From contig JBFMGU010000160.1 in assembly GCA_040752415.1 (NCBI GenBank), forward strand, positions 1 to 24,922: a stretch of DNA of 24,922 nt, in the 5' to 3' direction. The translations under genes and the position numbers were made by a program. This DNA comes from Myxococcota bacterium. GTDB lineage: Bacteria; Myxococcota; JACRCW01. Under the pieces are notes generated by a model. It saw only the letters and a list, made by a program, of their open reading frames with translations, was not told where the DNA came from and searched no databases. This document shows, in pieces, positions 1-11,816 of this stretch (position 1 is its first letter; each line of letters opens with the position of its first letter).

Positions 1-3663
<3,663 letters not shown>

Positions 3664-3785
3664 ACACCAGCCATGACACGGCCGCCGCCTTGTGCTTGCC
3701 ATCCCGCCCGGCCATGATGCAGGTTCCGCCCGCGCAGGGTGCCCCCCTTGTTCTCCAGACTTTGGCGTTCACCATGAAATCCTCA

Positions 3786-4784
3786 ATGAATACAAGCAGG
3801 TATCTTCTGTTGGCGGCCGCGGTGGCCGCGCTGGGCTGCGGCACGGAGGCCGTGGATCGGACCTCCGCGGCGGAGCTTGCGGGCGGGCGCGCGGGAGAGA
3901 TCGCGCTGATCCCGGCGGTGGAAGTGGACGGGCTGGAGGAGCTGGACCAGCGCAGCCACGGCACGGTGTTCGTGGATGAGGTGCTGCTGAACGCACGCAG
4001 TGTGCGTATTCGTGACACCTCCGGTCGTGATCGCCAGGTGAGCAGCAGCGGTCGCTACCTGCTGCGCTACAGCCCGGCGGCCGGGGAGTCGGGGTTGAGC
4101 CGCATCTGGGCTCCCGCCGACGCCGAATACACGGACCTGGCCCTGGACGTGGGCCCGCTGTTCGCCACCGAGGAGAGCCTGCGCGAGGAGAGCCGCGCGC
4201 GCGGATTCGACGTGTCCCTGCTGCGCAACGCCTCCACCGTGGTGCGTGGCTTCATCGCCGTGGAAGGCCGCAAGGCGCACGGGCTGGGCTCGGAGGGCCA
4301 GGCGCTCTCGGAGGGTCGGGGCTGCGTGGGCAATGACGCGCTGGCGTGTGAGGGCACCGTGCCGGACACCGCGCCCGCGCGCGTGCGTCCCACCGACGAG
4401 AAGGCCCGCACCGACAACGGCACCGTCCCGGACACCGCCCCCGCGCGTGACGAGATGGCCACCGCCAACCAGGGTCTGCAGGCCAACCTGCGCACCGACG
4501 GGCAGCTCCCCAGCCGCAGCTACATCCCGTTCGTCATGGTGACCAACGGCTCCTTCACGCTGGGCACCGAGCTGGACCCGGTGGTGAACCAGGGCGGCGG
4601 CGTGGTGAAGCTGCACTTGGACGCCAACGCGCTGTTCTCCGACGAGCGCCTGGCCGAGCTGGCCAACGCCGCCGAGGAAGACCCCGAGGGAATCACCAGC
4701 ACGCTGCGTCCCGAGGAGGTCTCCACTTCCGTGCACGTCGAGGCGGGTGAGGTGGTCACCATCTCCGGCCCGCGCCCCCGCTGA
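3786..4784 (+). CDS. Hypothetical lipoprotein
   Basis: The ORF is open from 3660, but ATG 3786 (or 3774) gives a signal peptide with a lipobox (MNTSRYLLLAAAVAALG-C). Codon usage is GC3-rich from there. No family recognised; start uncertain. Confidence 0.75.
   Translation: MNTSRYLLLAAAVAALGCGTEAVDRTSAAELAGGRAGEIALIPAVEVDGLEELDQRSHGTVFVDEVLLNARSVRIRDTSGRDRQVSSSGRYLLRYSPAAGESGLSRIWAPADAEYTDLALDVGPLFATEESLREESRARGFDVSLLRNASTVVRGFIAVEGRKAHGLGSEGQALSEGRGCVGNDALACEGTVPDTAPARVRPTDEKARTDNGTVPDTAPARDEMATANQGLQANLRTDGQLPSRSYIPFVMVTNGSFTLGTELDPVVNQGGGVVKLHLDANALFSDERLAELANAAEEDPEGITSTLRPEEVSTSVHVEAGEVVTISGPRPR
4353..4448 (+). repeat. Intragenic direct repeat encoding GTVPDTAPAR twice
   Basis: 4353-4382 ggcaccgtgccggacaccgcgcccgcgcgc and 4419-4448 ggcaccgtcccggacaccgcccccgcgcgt encode an identical peptide and differ only at synonymous positions. 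Confidence 0.9.
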
Positions 4785-4956
4785 ATCCGGGGCCTCTCCC
4801 TTCCCACAAGCTGTCGTCTCCGTCGTGAAGCGCCCCGCTTCCGACGAGGTTCCCCCACGCCACCGTGGTCCGGTGTGCGCGGCGTCACCTTCAGAGCGCG
4901 TCCACGCTCGCGTTGTCCCGACGTCACCGCGCGGTTCCTGATCCCCGTGGGAGCGT

Positions 4957-4985
4957 TTCATTCCCGCCCAGGCGTCTGCTACAAG
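4957..4985 (+). promoter_or_regulatory. Possible sigma-70-type promoter for the 5023 gene
   Basis: TTCATT-N17-TACAAG with an extended -10 TG, about 37 nt upstream of the ATG; GGAGA RBS before 5023. Confidence 0.3.
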
Positions 4986-5022
4986 GCCGCGCGTCCTAGA
5001 TGGCCTTGAATGGAGACTCCCC

Positions 5023-5775
5023 ATGGCGTTGACCTCGGCGTGGCGTAACAAGCAGCAAGCGGGCGACATCCTCTACATCGCCCTGCTCATCGTGCTGGCG
5101 GTGGGTGGCGTGTGCCTGACGTTCCCCACGCCGGCCATCTGCGCGCTCACCATGGCCATGGTGGGCGGGCTGGCGCTGTGGCGCTGGCACACGCCGCAGG
5201 ACGTGCTGCTCGCCGTCTCGGGCATCGTCTTCGGGCCCACGCTGGAGTTCTTTGCCACCACCACCGGGCTGTGGGCCTACCCGCACACCTCGTTCGGCAC
5301 GCTGCCGGCGTGGGTGTTTGCGCTGTGGCCCGTGTTCCCGCTGTGCCTGGTGCGCCTCACCCACGCGCTGCTCCCGCCCGACGGGGAAAGCCGCATGCGC
5401 GCGGGTTGGGAGCTGGGGTTGGGCCTGGCCATCCTGGCCGCGGAGATCCCGCTGCTGTGCGCGCTGGGCACCTCCCAGCCCATGGTGACGACGATCGGCA
5501 CGGCGGTGATGCTGGCCGCCGCGTTCGTGCTGGCGCGCTCGCCGCAGGCGGGTCTGATGCTGGCCATCAGCGGCATCGTGGGGCCGGTGTGTGAGTCGTT
5601 GCCGGTGGCGCTGGGCGCGTGGGGCTATCCCAACCCGCACATCCTGGGACTGCCCATGTGGCTGCCCACCGGGTACGCGCTGTTTGGCTTTGCGGTGGTG
5701 CGCGTGGCCTTTGGGCTGCACGGCGTGGTGCTGGGCGTGGCGCGGCAGCCCGAGCTGGCCCGCGAGCAGCCGTGA
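5023..5775 (+). CDS. Integral membrane protein with two internal repeats (DUF2878-like)
   Basis: About 8 hydrophobic segments. Repeated motif SGIVFGPTLE...GLWAYPH...LPAW versus SGIVGPVCE...GAWGYPN...LPMW. RBS GGAGA. The family name is from recall only. Confidence 0.75.
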   Translation: MALTSAWRNKQQAGDILYIALLIVLAVGGVCLTFPTPAICALTMAMVGGLALWRWHTPQDVLLAVSGIVFGPTLEFFATTTGLWAYPHTSFGTLPAWVFALWPVFPLCLVRLTHALLPPDGESRMRAGWELGLGLAILAAEIPLLCALGTSQPMVTTIGTAVMLAAAFVLARSPQAGLMLAISGIVGPVCESLPVALGAWGYPNPHILGLPMWLPTGYALFGFAVVRVAFGLHGVVLGVARQPELAREQP

Positions 5776-5817
5776 TGAAGCTGTCCCCGGCGTGGTGATG
5801 GCCCCGGGGCGAGGTGG

Positions 5818-7215
5818 ATGATGGGGGAGCGCCTCGGAGAGATGCTGGTGGCCCGCGGCGTGTGCTCCGCGGAGACGCGGGACCACGCGCTGGCGCTGCA
5901 GCGGGAACAGCCGGCGCGGCTGGGCGGGATTCTCGTCGAGAAACTGGGGGTGGCGGAGCGCGCGGTGGCCGAGGCCCTGGCCGCGCAGCTGGGGACGCCC
6001 GCGCTGGTGCTGCGCGAGAGCGCGCTCTTGCGGAAGAACGTGGAGCTGGTGCCGGCGGAGGTGTGTCGGACGGAGGGGCTGTTGCCGGTGGATGCCGACG
6101 AGCTCACCGTCAAGGTGGCCTTCACCGGACCACCTTCCTCGCGGCTGCTCACCGAGGTGGAGTTCGCCACGGGTCGCCAGGTGGTGGCGCTGGTGGCGGT
6201 GGAGAGCTGCCTGAAGGACCGGCTGCGTCAATTGCGGGAGACCGAAGGGGAGCTGCTGCGAGGCGAGGCCATCTCCCCCGACGCACGCGTGCCGCCCGGT
6301 GGTCACCTGGTGCTGATCCGTCCCGCGCCGCGCGCGGAGGACTCCGTCGAGATTGACGTGGACATGGGGCCGGAGCCGCTGCCGGTGGACGGTCCCACGT
6401 GGAAGACGCCGCCCAAGCCCGCGGAGGTCCCGCCCGCCGGGAGTCGGCCGCGCGTGCTGGTGGTGGACGACGTGCCGGAGCTGCGCGCCATGGTGGTCCG
6501 CGCGCTCTCCCCCGACGGCTACGCGCTGGCCGAGGCGGGGACCGGGCAGGAAGCGCTCTCGCAGATCCAGGTGTTCGCACCGCAGCTCATCGTGCTGGAT
6601 GCCATGTTGCCGGAGGTGCACGGGTTCGAGATCTGTCGCGCGTTGAAGCGGAGCCCGGCGTGGCAGCACATCGTCGTCATCATGGTCAGCGCCATCTACA
6701 AGGGCTGGGACTACGCGCGGGACATCCAGGACGTGTACGGGGCGGACCTGTTCCTGGAGAAGCCGTTCAACGTGGCGTTCCTGCGGGAGCGCGTGCGCAC
6801 CATGCTGGAAGCGCGTTCCGCGACGACGGGCGGCGCGCCCGGGACCCGGCCGGACCTCTCACGCGAAATCCGCGACGAGGCCCACACCTTGCTGCAGATG
6901 GGGGACCTGCCGGGCGCGCTCCTGGCCTGCGCCAACGGACTGACGCTGGACCCGTTTGATGCGCGCCTGCACGCCATCCAGGCCGACGCATACGCGCGCC
7001 AGGGACACCGCCAGCACGCCATGGTGGCCTACGAACGCGCGCTGCAGTTCGCGCCCAACTCCTACCCGGTGCTGAAGAACCTGGCGCTGCTCTATGAGCA
7101 GGAGGGATTGCGTCGACGGGCGGCGGCCGCGTGGCAGCGCGCGCTGGAGGCGTGCCCCGACGTGCGCATGCGGGAGCGCATCCGGGCGCGGTTGCTCATG
7201 GAGCTGCAGACCTGA
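5818..7215 (+). CDS. Response regulator with N-terminal MshEN/T2SSE_N domain, receiver domain and C-terminal TPRs
   Basis: Tandem RLG..LV motifs at the N-terminus. Receiver motifs VLVVDD, LIVLDAMLPEVHG, MVSA, LEKPF. TPR-like segments (AMVAYERALQFAPNSYPVLKNLALLYEQEG). RBS GAGGTGG. Confidence 0.88.
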   Translation: MMGERLGEMLVARGVCSAETRDHALALQREQPARLGGILVEKLGVAERAVAEALAAQLGTPALVLRESALLRKNVELVPAEVCRTEGLLPVDADELTVKVAFTGPPSSRLLTEVEFATGRQVVALVAVESCLKDRLRQLRETEGELLRGEAISPDARVPPGGHLVLIRPAPRAEDSVEIDVDMGPEPLPVDGPTWKTPPKPAEVPPAGSRPRVLVVDDVPELRAMVVRALSPDGYALAEAGTGQEALSQIQVFAPQLIVLDAMLPEVHGFEICRALKRSPAWQHIVVIMVSAIYKGWDYARDIQDVYGADLFLEKPFNVAFLRERVRTMLEARSATTGGAPGTRPDLSREIRDEAHTLLQMGDLPGALLACANGLTLDPFDARLHAIQADAYARQGHRQHAMVAYERALQFAPNSYPVLKNLALLYEQEGLRRRAAAAWQRALEACPDVRMRERIRARLLMELQT

Positions 7216-7217
7216 GC

Positions 7218-8051
7218 ATGACGCAGTCCGTCCGACTCACCGTGCAGTACGACGGCACCGACTTCCACGGCTGGCAGCGCATGCCCGGCGTGGCGACGAT
7301 CCAGGAGGAGCTGGAGAAGGCGCTGCGCGTGCTGCTGCGCCACGACGTGGTGGTGACGGCGGCGGGACGCACGGACGCGGGCGTGCACGCGGAAGGACAG
7401 GTGGTCAGCTTCCCCGCGCCGGTGCCGGTCACCGACGAGCTGCTCTTCAAGCTGCGGCGCGGGATGAACGCGTTGATGGCGGAGGGGATCGTCGTCACGG
7501 CGCTGCGGGAGGCGCCCGCGGACTGGGATGCGCGACGGGAGGCGGTGGGAAAGCGCTACGTGTACCGCATCCACAACCTGCCCACGCCGCCCGTGTTCAC
7601 CCGACGCTACCGCTGGCACGTGCAGCAGCCGCTCGACGTGGAAGCCATGGAGCGCGCGGCGCAGTGCCTGCTGGGTGAGCAGGACTTCGAGGCGTTCCGC
7701 GCCAGCGGCTGCCAGGCGGAGCACGCCTACCGGTACCTGTGGCGCGTCACGGTGAAGCGGCTGGGTGACGACGTGGAAGTGGAGTTCCGCGGCAACGCGT
7801 TCGTGCGGTCGCAGGTGCGGATCATGGTGGGGACGCTGGTGGAAGTGGGGCTGGGGAAGCGCAGCGTGGAGAGCGTGGCGGAGATCCTGCGCGGGCGGGA
7901 CCGGACCAAGGCGGGTCGGACCGCGCCGGCGACGGGGCTGTTCCTGGCGAAGGTGTACTACCCCGAGGACGCCGAGGAGGCGGGGATTCCGAAGGAGGCG
8001 AAGTTCCCGGGGTGGCCGCCGGGGGAAGCGGGTGGTGGCGACGACGGGTAG
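7218..8051 (+). CDS. truA: tRNA pseudouridine(38-40) synthase TruA
   Basis: YDGTDFHGWQR, AGRTDAGVHAEGQV (catalytic Asp), GNAFVRSQVRIMVG, TAPATGLFLAKVYY. ATG 7218 lies 2 nt after the upstream stop. Confidence 0.97.
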   Translation: MTQSVRLTVQYDGTDFHGWQRMPGVATIQEELEKALRVLLRHDVVVTAAGRTDAGVHAEGQVVSFPAPVPVTDELLFKLRRGMNALMAEGIVVTALREAPADWDARREAVGKRYVYRIHNLPTPPVFTRRYRWHVQQPLDVEAMERAAQCLLGEQDFEAFRASGCQAEHAYRYLWRVTVKRLGDDVEVEFRGNAFVRSQVRIMVGTLVEVGLGKRSVESVAEILRGRDRTKAGRTAPATGLFLAKVYYPEDAEEAGIPKEAKFPGWPPGEAGGGDDG

Positions 8052-8067
8052 CGCGCCACGGAGGACG

Positions 8068-9468
8068 TCAGGGCGTCACGTAGATGGCGTTGGAGTAGAT
8101 CCACACGCGGGGCTCGTCGCGGTAGAGCTCGGCGTCGTCACCGAGGAAGGGGACGAGGTGGCGCGGTTGCATCAGCACTTCCGCGCGGTAGGCGCCCGGC
8201 GTGGTGATGGCGAAGGAGACGTTGGTGGTGCTCCGGTGCACCTCTTCCCAACCGCCCTCCACCGCGCGCAGCACACGCATGGTCAACACCGGCGCGTCCA
8301 CCTTGGGGTCCAGCTTCTCGACGCTGGGCATCGTCGCCACCAGCTCCACGCCGCGCGCCAGGGAGACCTCCGCCCCCATCTCCCGCGGCTCGCCGCCCTC
8401 CAGCGCGTGGTAGTCGAAGCCCACCGGGTAGCCCAGGTACTCGAACGCGCCGTACAGCCGCCCCGACGACAACGCCTCCTTCAGTTCCAGGTCGGTCCAC
8501 GTTCCGTCGGAGCGCGGGCGGATGAGCAGGTGGTTGGAGAACCAGATCATCATGCGGCGGTAGCTGTCGATGCGCTCACCGTCCTGCATGGTCTGCTTGA
8601 ACGTGTTGCGGTGGCAGTCGGTGCCCATCGTCGTCACGCGACGGGCGCCGCGCGCCAGCACCGTGCCCCACGTCTCCAGGTAGCGCGGATCCTCCGCGAT
8701 GAGCGGCAACACCGCGAGGTCGGGGTGCGGCATGCCCGGGTCACCGTTGGAGAGACGCTGCAACAGCACGAAGGCCTCACCCGCGGCGCGCAGCGTGTTG
8801 GCGTGCAGGTTGTACATCTCGAATCCGTCGAGGGGCAGCCCGGTGAGCTGCTCCACCGTCCAGCCTTCCGTGTGCGCCACCAACGCCACCGCGCCCGCGG
8901 CCTTCAAGGCCTGGATGTCGTTCGCGGAGTCGCCGCCGTAGATGTTGGAGCGCTCCTCGTGCGTGTCCGCCACGTGGTGCTCCAGGCCCACCGGCATGGT
9001 CCCCGCCTCGCAGCCCGCCATGATGAGCGCGGTGGTGTCCTCGTCGGGGCACGCGGCCCAGCTGGCCACGGGGGAGCCATTGCGCTCGACGAGACGGTCG
9101 CCGCGCTCCGGCCGGTAGAGCAGCGCGTCCGGGTATTCCACGTCGTTGAACATGTCCCGGTGGTCCGTCAGCATCACGAAGTCGTGCTTGGACTGGCACA
9201 GACCCCGTCGGAAATCCTCGAAGCAGACCGCGTCGCGCACACCGGCGTCGTCGCGGGGCAGGTTGTCGCACGCATCATGCGAGTACCAGGAGTGCGCGTG
9301 GATGAGCCCACGACGGTCCAACAGCCCGCGTGCATTGGGTTCCCGCGCCGTGGCCAACGTCATCCCCGGCCCCCACGACGTCACCACCTCCGCGCCACCA
9401 TCCGGCTGCGACGAAGGCTTGGGACACGCCGTCAACACCAGCGTTGCCAGGATCACCGCGTTCCGCAT
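8068..9468 (-). CDS. Lipoprotein with PHP-like metallo-hydrolase fold (CehA/McbA-like)
   Basis: Lipobox VLTA-C. PHP motifs in order: IHAHSWYSHD, MLTDH, GCE, VAH, FEMYN, GTDCH. C-terminal YSNAIYV. RBS GGAGGAG. Confidence 0.78.
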   Translation of the reverse strand: MRNAVILATLVLTACPKPSSQPDGGAEVVTSWGPGMTLATAREPNARGLLDRRGLIHAHSWYSHDACDNLPRDDAGVRDAVCFEDFRRGLCQSKHDFVMLTDHRDMFNDVEYPDALLYRPERGDRLVERNGSPVASWAACPDEDTTALIMAGCEAGTMPVGLEHHVADTHEERSNIYGGDSANDIQALKAAGAVALVAHTEGWTVEQLTGLPLDGFEMYNLHANTLRAAGEAFVLLQRLSNGDPGMPHPDLAVLPLIAEDPRYLETWGTVLARGARRVTTMGTDCHRNTFKQTMQDGERIDSYRRMMIWFSNHLLIRPRSDGTWTDLELKEALSSGRLYGAFEYLGYPVGFDYHALEGGEPREMGAEVSLARGVELVATMPSVEKLDPKVDAPVLTMRVLRAVEGGWEEVHRSTTNVSFAITTPGAYRAEVLMQPRHLVPFLGDDAELYRDEPRVWIYSNAIYVTP

Positions 9469-9525
9469 GCTCCGCTCCTCCAGGGACGCCCATGGTAGGC
9501 ACGCGGATGCAGCGACCTCAATTGC

Positions 9526-10257
9526 TCACGCCAGCGCGAGGAAGGCGCGCGTGCGCGGGTCGCGGGGACGCTCCAGCACCTCTTCCGGCGCGCCCTGCTC
9601 GATCAGCTCCCCGCCGTGCAGCACCACCGTGCGCGTGGCCAGCTTGCGCACCACCTTCATCTCGTGCGTCACCATCACCAGGGTCAGCCCGCCGTCGCGC
9701 AGGCCGCGCAGCAGCTCCACCACGTCGGAAACGCGCTCCGGGTCCAACGCGCTGGTGGGCTCATCCATCAGGAGCACGCGCGGCTCCATGGCCAACGCCC
9801 GCGCCAACGCCACCCGCTGCTGCTCGCCGCCACTGAGCTCGTGCGGGTACGCATCCAGACGGTGCGCCAGGCCCACCCGCGTCAGCACCTCGAGGGCACG
9901 CGCGTTGGCGCGGGAGGTCTCCTCGCCCCGCACGTGGATGAGCGCTTCCGTGACGTTGTCGCGCGCGGTGCGGTGACCGAACAGGTGGAACTGCTGGAAG
10001 ACCATGCCCACCTGCTGACGCAGCGGCCGCAGCGCACGCGGAGCTGGTGTGACTCCGCCGTGGAGCTGGTGATCCGCAATGCGCACCTGGCCCGCGTCGA
10101 AGGACTCCAGGCCGTTGAGACAGCGCAACAACGTGCTCTTCCCGCCGCCGGAGGGACCAATCAGCGCCACAGCCTCACCCGGCGACACACGCAAGGAGAC
10201 GCCGCGCAGGATGGCCCGCCCGCCGAAGTTCTTGGTCAGGCTCTGCACCTCGATCAT
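9526..10257 (-). CDS. Polar amino acid ABC transporter ATP-binding protein (GlnQ-like)
   Basis: GPSGGGKSTLLRCLNGLE, VGMVFQQFHLF, LSGGEQQRVALARAL, LLMDEPTSALDPE, MVTHEM. The ATG overlaps the upstream TGA (ATGA). Confidence 0.95.
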   Translation of the reverse strand: MIEVQSLTKNFGGRAILRGVSLRVSPGEAVALIGPSGGGKSTLLRCLNGLESFDAGQVRIADHQLHGGVTPAPRALRPLRQQVGMVFQQFHLFGHRTARDNVTEALIHVRGEETSRANARALEVLTRVGLAHRLDAYPHELSGGEQQRVALARALAMEPRVLLMDEPTSALDPERVSDVVELLRGLRDGGLTLVMVTHEMKVVRKLATRTVVLHGGELIEQGAPEEVLERPRDPRTRAFLALA

Positions 10258-11708
10258 GCGCGCACCAGTCGGGATTCCAGGTGGCGCGCCCAACGCGACA
10301 ACGGCAGGCTCATGGCCAGATACATGGCAGCGCACAGCAGTCCCGGCAAGAACCACGAGCGCACATCCACCGCGGTGATGGTCATGCGCTTGGTCAGCTC
10401 CACCACCGTGAGCACGCTCACCAGCGAGCTGTCCTTGAGGAGCGCAATGAAGTCGTTGGTGACGCCGGGGAGCGCGGTGCGCAAGGCCTGGGGGAGGATG
10501 ATGCGTCGCAGCGCCAGCGGCGTGGTCATGCCCAGCGAGAGCGCGGCCTCCATCTGCCCCCGCGGCACCGACGTCATGGCCGCGCGGTACACCTCCGCCT
10601 CGTACGCCGCGTAGTTGAGCCCCAGCCCCAGCACCGACGCCGTCACCGGGCCAAGGTCCAGCACGCCAGCGAGCCCGTAGTAGAGCACGTAGAGCTGGAG
10701 CAGCAGCGGCGTCCCCCGGAACAGCTCGACGTAGATGACACACAGGGCGGACACGGCGCCCGGACCGTGTCGTCGGAGAATGGCCAGCACCAGGCCCAGC
10801 AGCGAGGCGAGCAGCATGGCCGCCGTGCTCACCAGCAACGTCATCCCCGCTGCCTGCAGGAAGAGCAGCACGTGCCCGCCGGAAAGCGCGCGCTGTGACG
10901 AGGGCGCGCCGGTGTCGACGTCGTGCGAGAGCTTCTCCTGGCGGGCGTTGTCGAGCTTCCAGCGCGCGAGGATCTTCCGCAGCTCACCGCTCTGCAGCAG
11001 CTTGCCGAGCGCGTCGTCGACGGCGACGGCGAGGTCGTTGTCCGCCGGTCGCACCGCGATGGCGTAGCGGCCCTCCCCCACCTCTCCGACGGTGCGCAGC
11101 CCCGGAACATCCGCGCCGTAGCGGCTGGCGATCATGTCATCCATCAGCACCGCGTCGGTGCGTCCGGCCGCAAGGTCCAGGTACGGCTCACGCACGCCCT
11201 CGTAGGGAACCGCCTCCGCGCCCACCTGCAACAGCGTCTCCCACGCCAGCGAGTTGGCCAGCGTGCCCACGCGATGGCCCTTGAGGGACGCCAGGTCGAC
11301 GACGCGCGCGTCACCCTCCCGCGCCGTCAGCACCAGCGCGAAGACGTAGTACGGCCGGGAGAAACGCACCCGACCGGCGCGTGACGGTGTGACCTCCAGG
11401 CCATTGAGCGCGATGTCGAAAGTGCCGCGCTCCAGCGATGGAATGAGATTGGACCAGTCATTCTGCACCGGTTCCGCACGCACGCCGAGCTCGCGGGCAA
11501 TGGCGTCGGCAATCTCCACCTCGAAGCCGATGAGCTTTCCCGGCTGCTCGGGATCCTCGAACGCGTATGGCTCACCGCCCTGGATGTCCACGCCCCAACG
11601 CAACACGCCGGCACGACGCACCGCCTCCAACGCCGAGCCGCCCTCCTCCCGGGCGCAGCCCAGTTGGAGCAGTCCCCCCAGCAACACCAGCGTGAGTCCC
11701 CTCGTCAC
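10254..11708 (-). CDS. Fused amino acid ABC substrate-binding (family 3) and permease (HisM/GlnP-like) protein
   Basis: Lipobox LQLG-C. Binding-domain motifs LIGFEVEIADAIARELG and VRFSRPY. Permease motifs YVELFRGTPLLLQL, AAYEAEVYRA, GQMEAALSLGM, ILPQA, KDSSL. The start is GTG 11708 or 11711. Confidence 0.92.
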   Translation of the reverse strand: MTRGLTLVLLGGLLQLGCAREEGGSALEAVRRAGVLRWGVDIQGGEPYAFEDPEQPGKLIGFEVEIADAIARELGVRAEPVQNDWSNLIPSLERGTFDIALNGLEVTPSRAGRVRFSRPYYVFALVLTAREGDARVVDLASLKGHRVGTLANSLAWETLLQVGAEAVPYEGVREPYLDLAAGRTDAVLMDDMIASRYGADVPGLRTVGEVGEGRYAIAVRPADNDLAVAVDDALGKLLQSGELRKILARWKLDNARQEKLSHDVDTGAPSSQRALSGGHVLLFLQAAGMTLLVSTAAMLLASLLGLVLAILRRHGPGAVSALCVIYVELFRGTPLLLQLYVLYYGLAGVLDLGPVTASVLGLGLNYAAYEAEVYRAAMTSVPRGQMEAALSLGMTTPLALRRIILPQALRTALPGVTNDFIALLKDSSLVSVLTVVELTKRMTITAVDVRSWFLPGLLCAAMYLAMSLPLSRWARHLESRLVRA

Positions 11709-11714
11709 CACGCC

Positions 11715-11744
11715 GGTATGACAGGGCAGTGGCACGCACATCAA
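11715..11744 (-). promoter_or_regulatory. Possible sigma-70-type promoter (leaderless) for the ABC importer operon
   Basis: Minus strand TTGATG-N18-CATACC with an extended TG, 6 nt before GTG 11708; no SD sequence. Confidence 0.3.
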
Positions 11745-11816
11745 GCGACCGGAGGGGACAAGCTGCCTGGCGGCCGTGCCCTTGTTACAGTCGGGCCGGA
11801 CCGTGAAGGGAGCCGC

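Noticed and set aside
10258..10743. Long N-terminal extension of the ABC ATPase ORF
   Set aside because: It overlaps the permease in another frame; the ATGA-coupled start at 10257 gives a normal-length ATPase.
11730..11746. TGGCACG perfect sigma-54 -24 box upstream of the TlpA gene
   Set aside because: There is no GC at the -12 position (GG-N10-AA).
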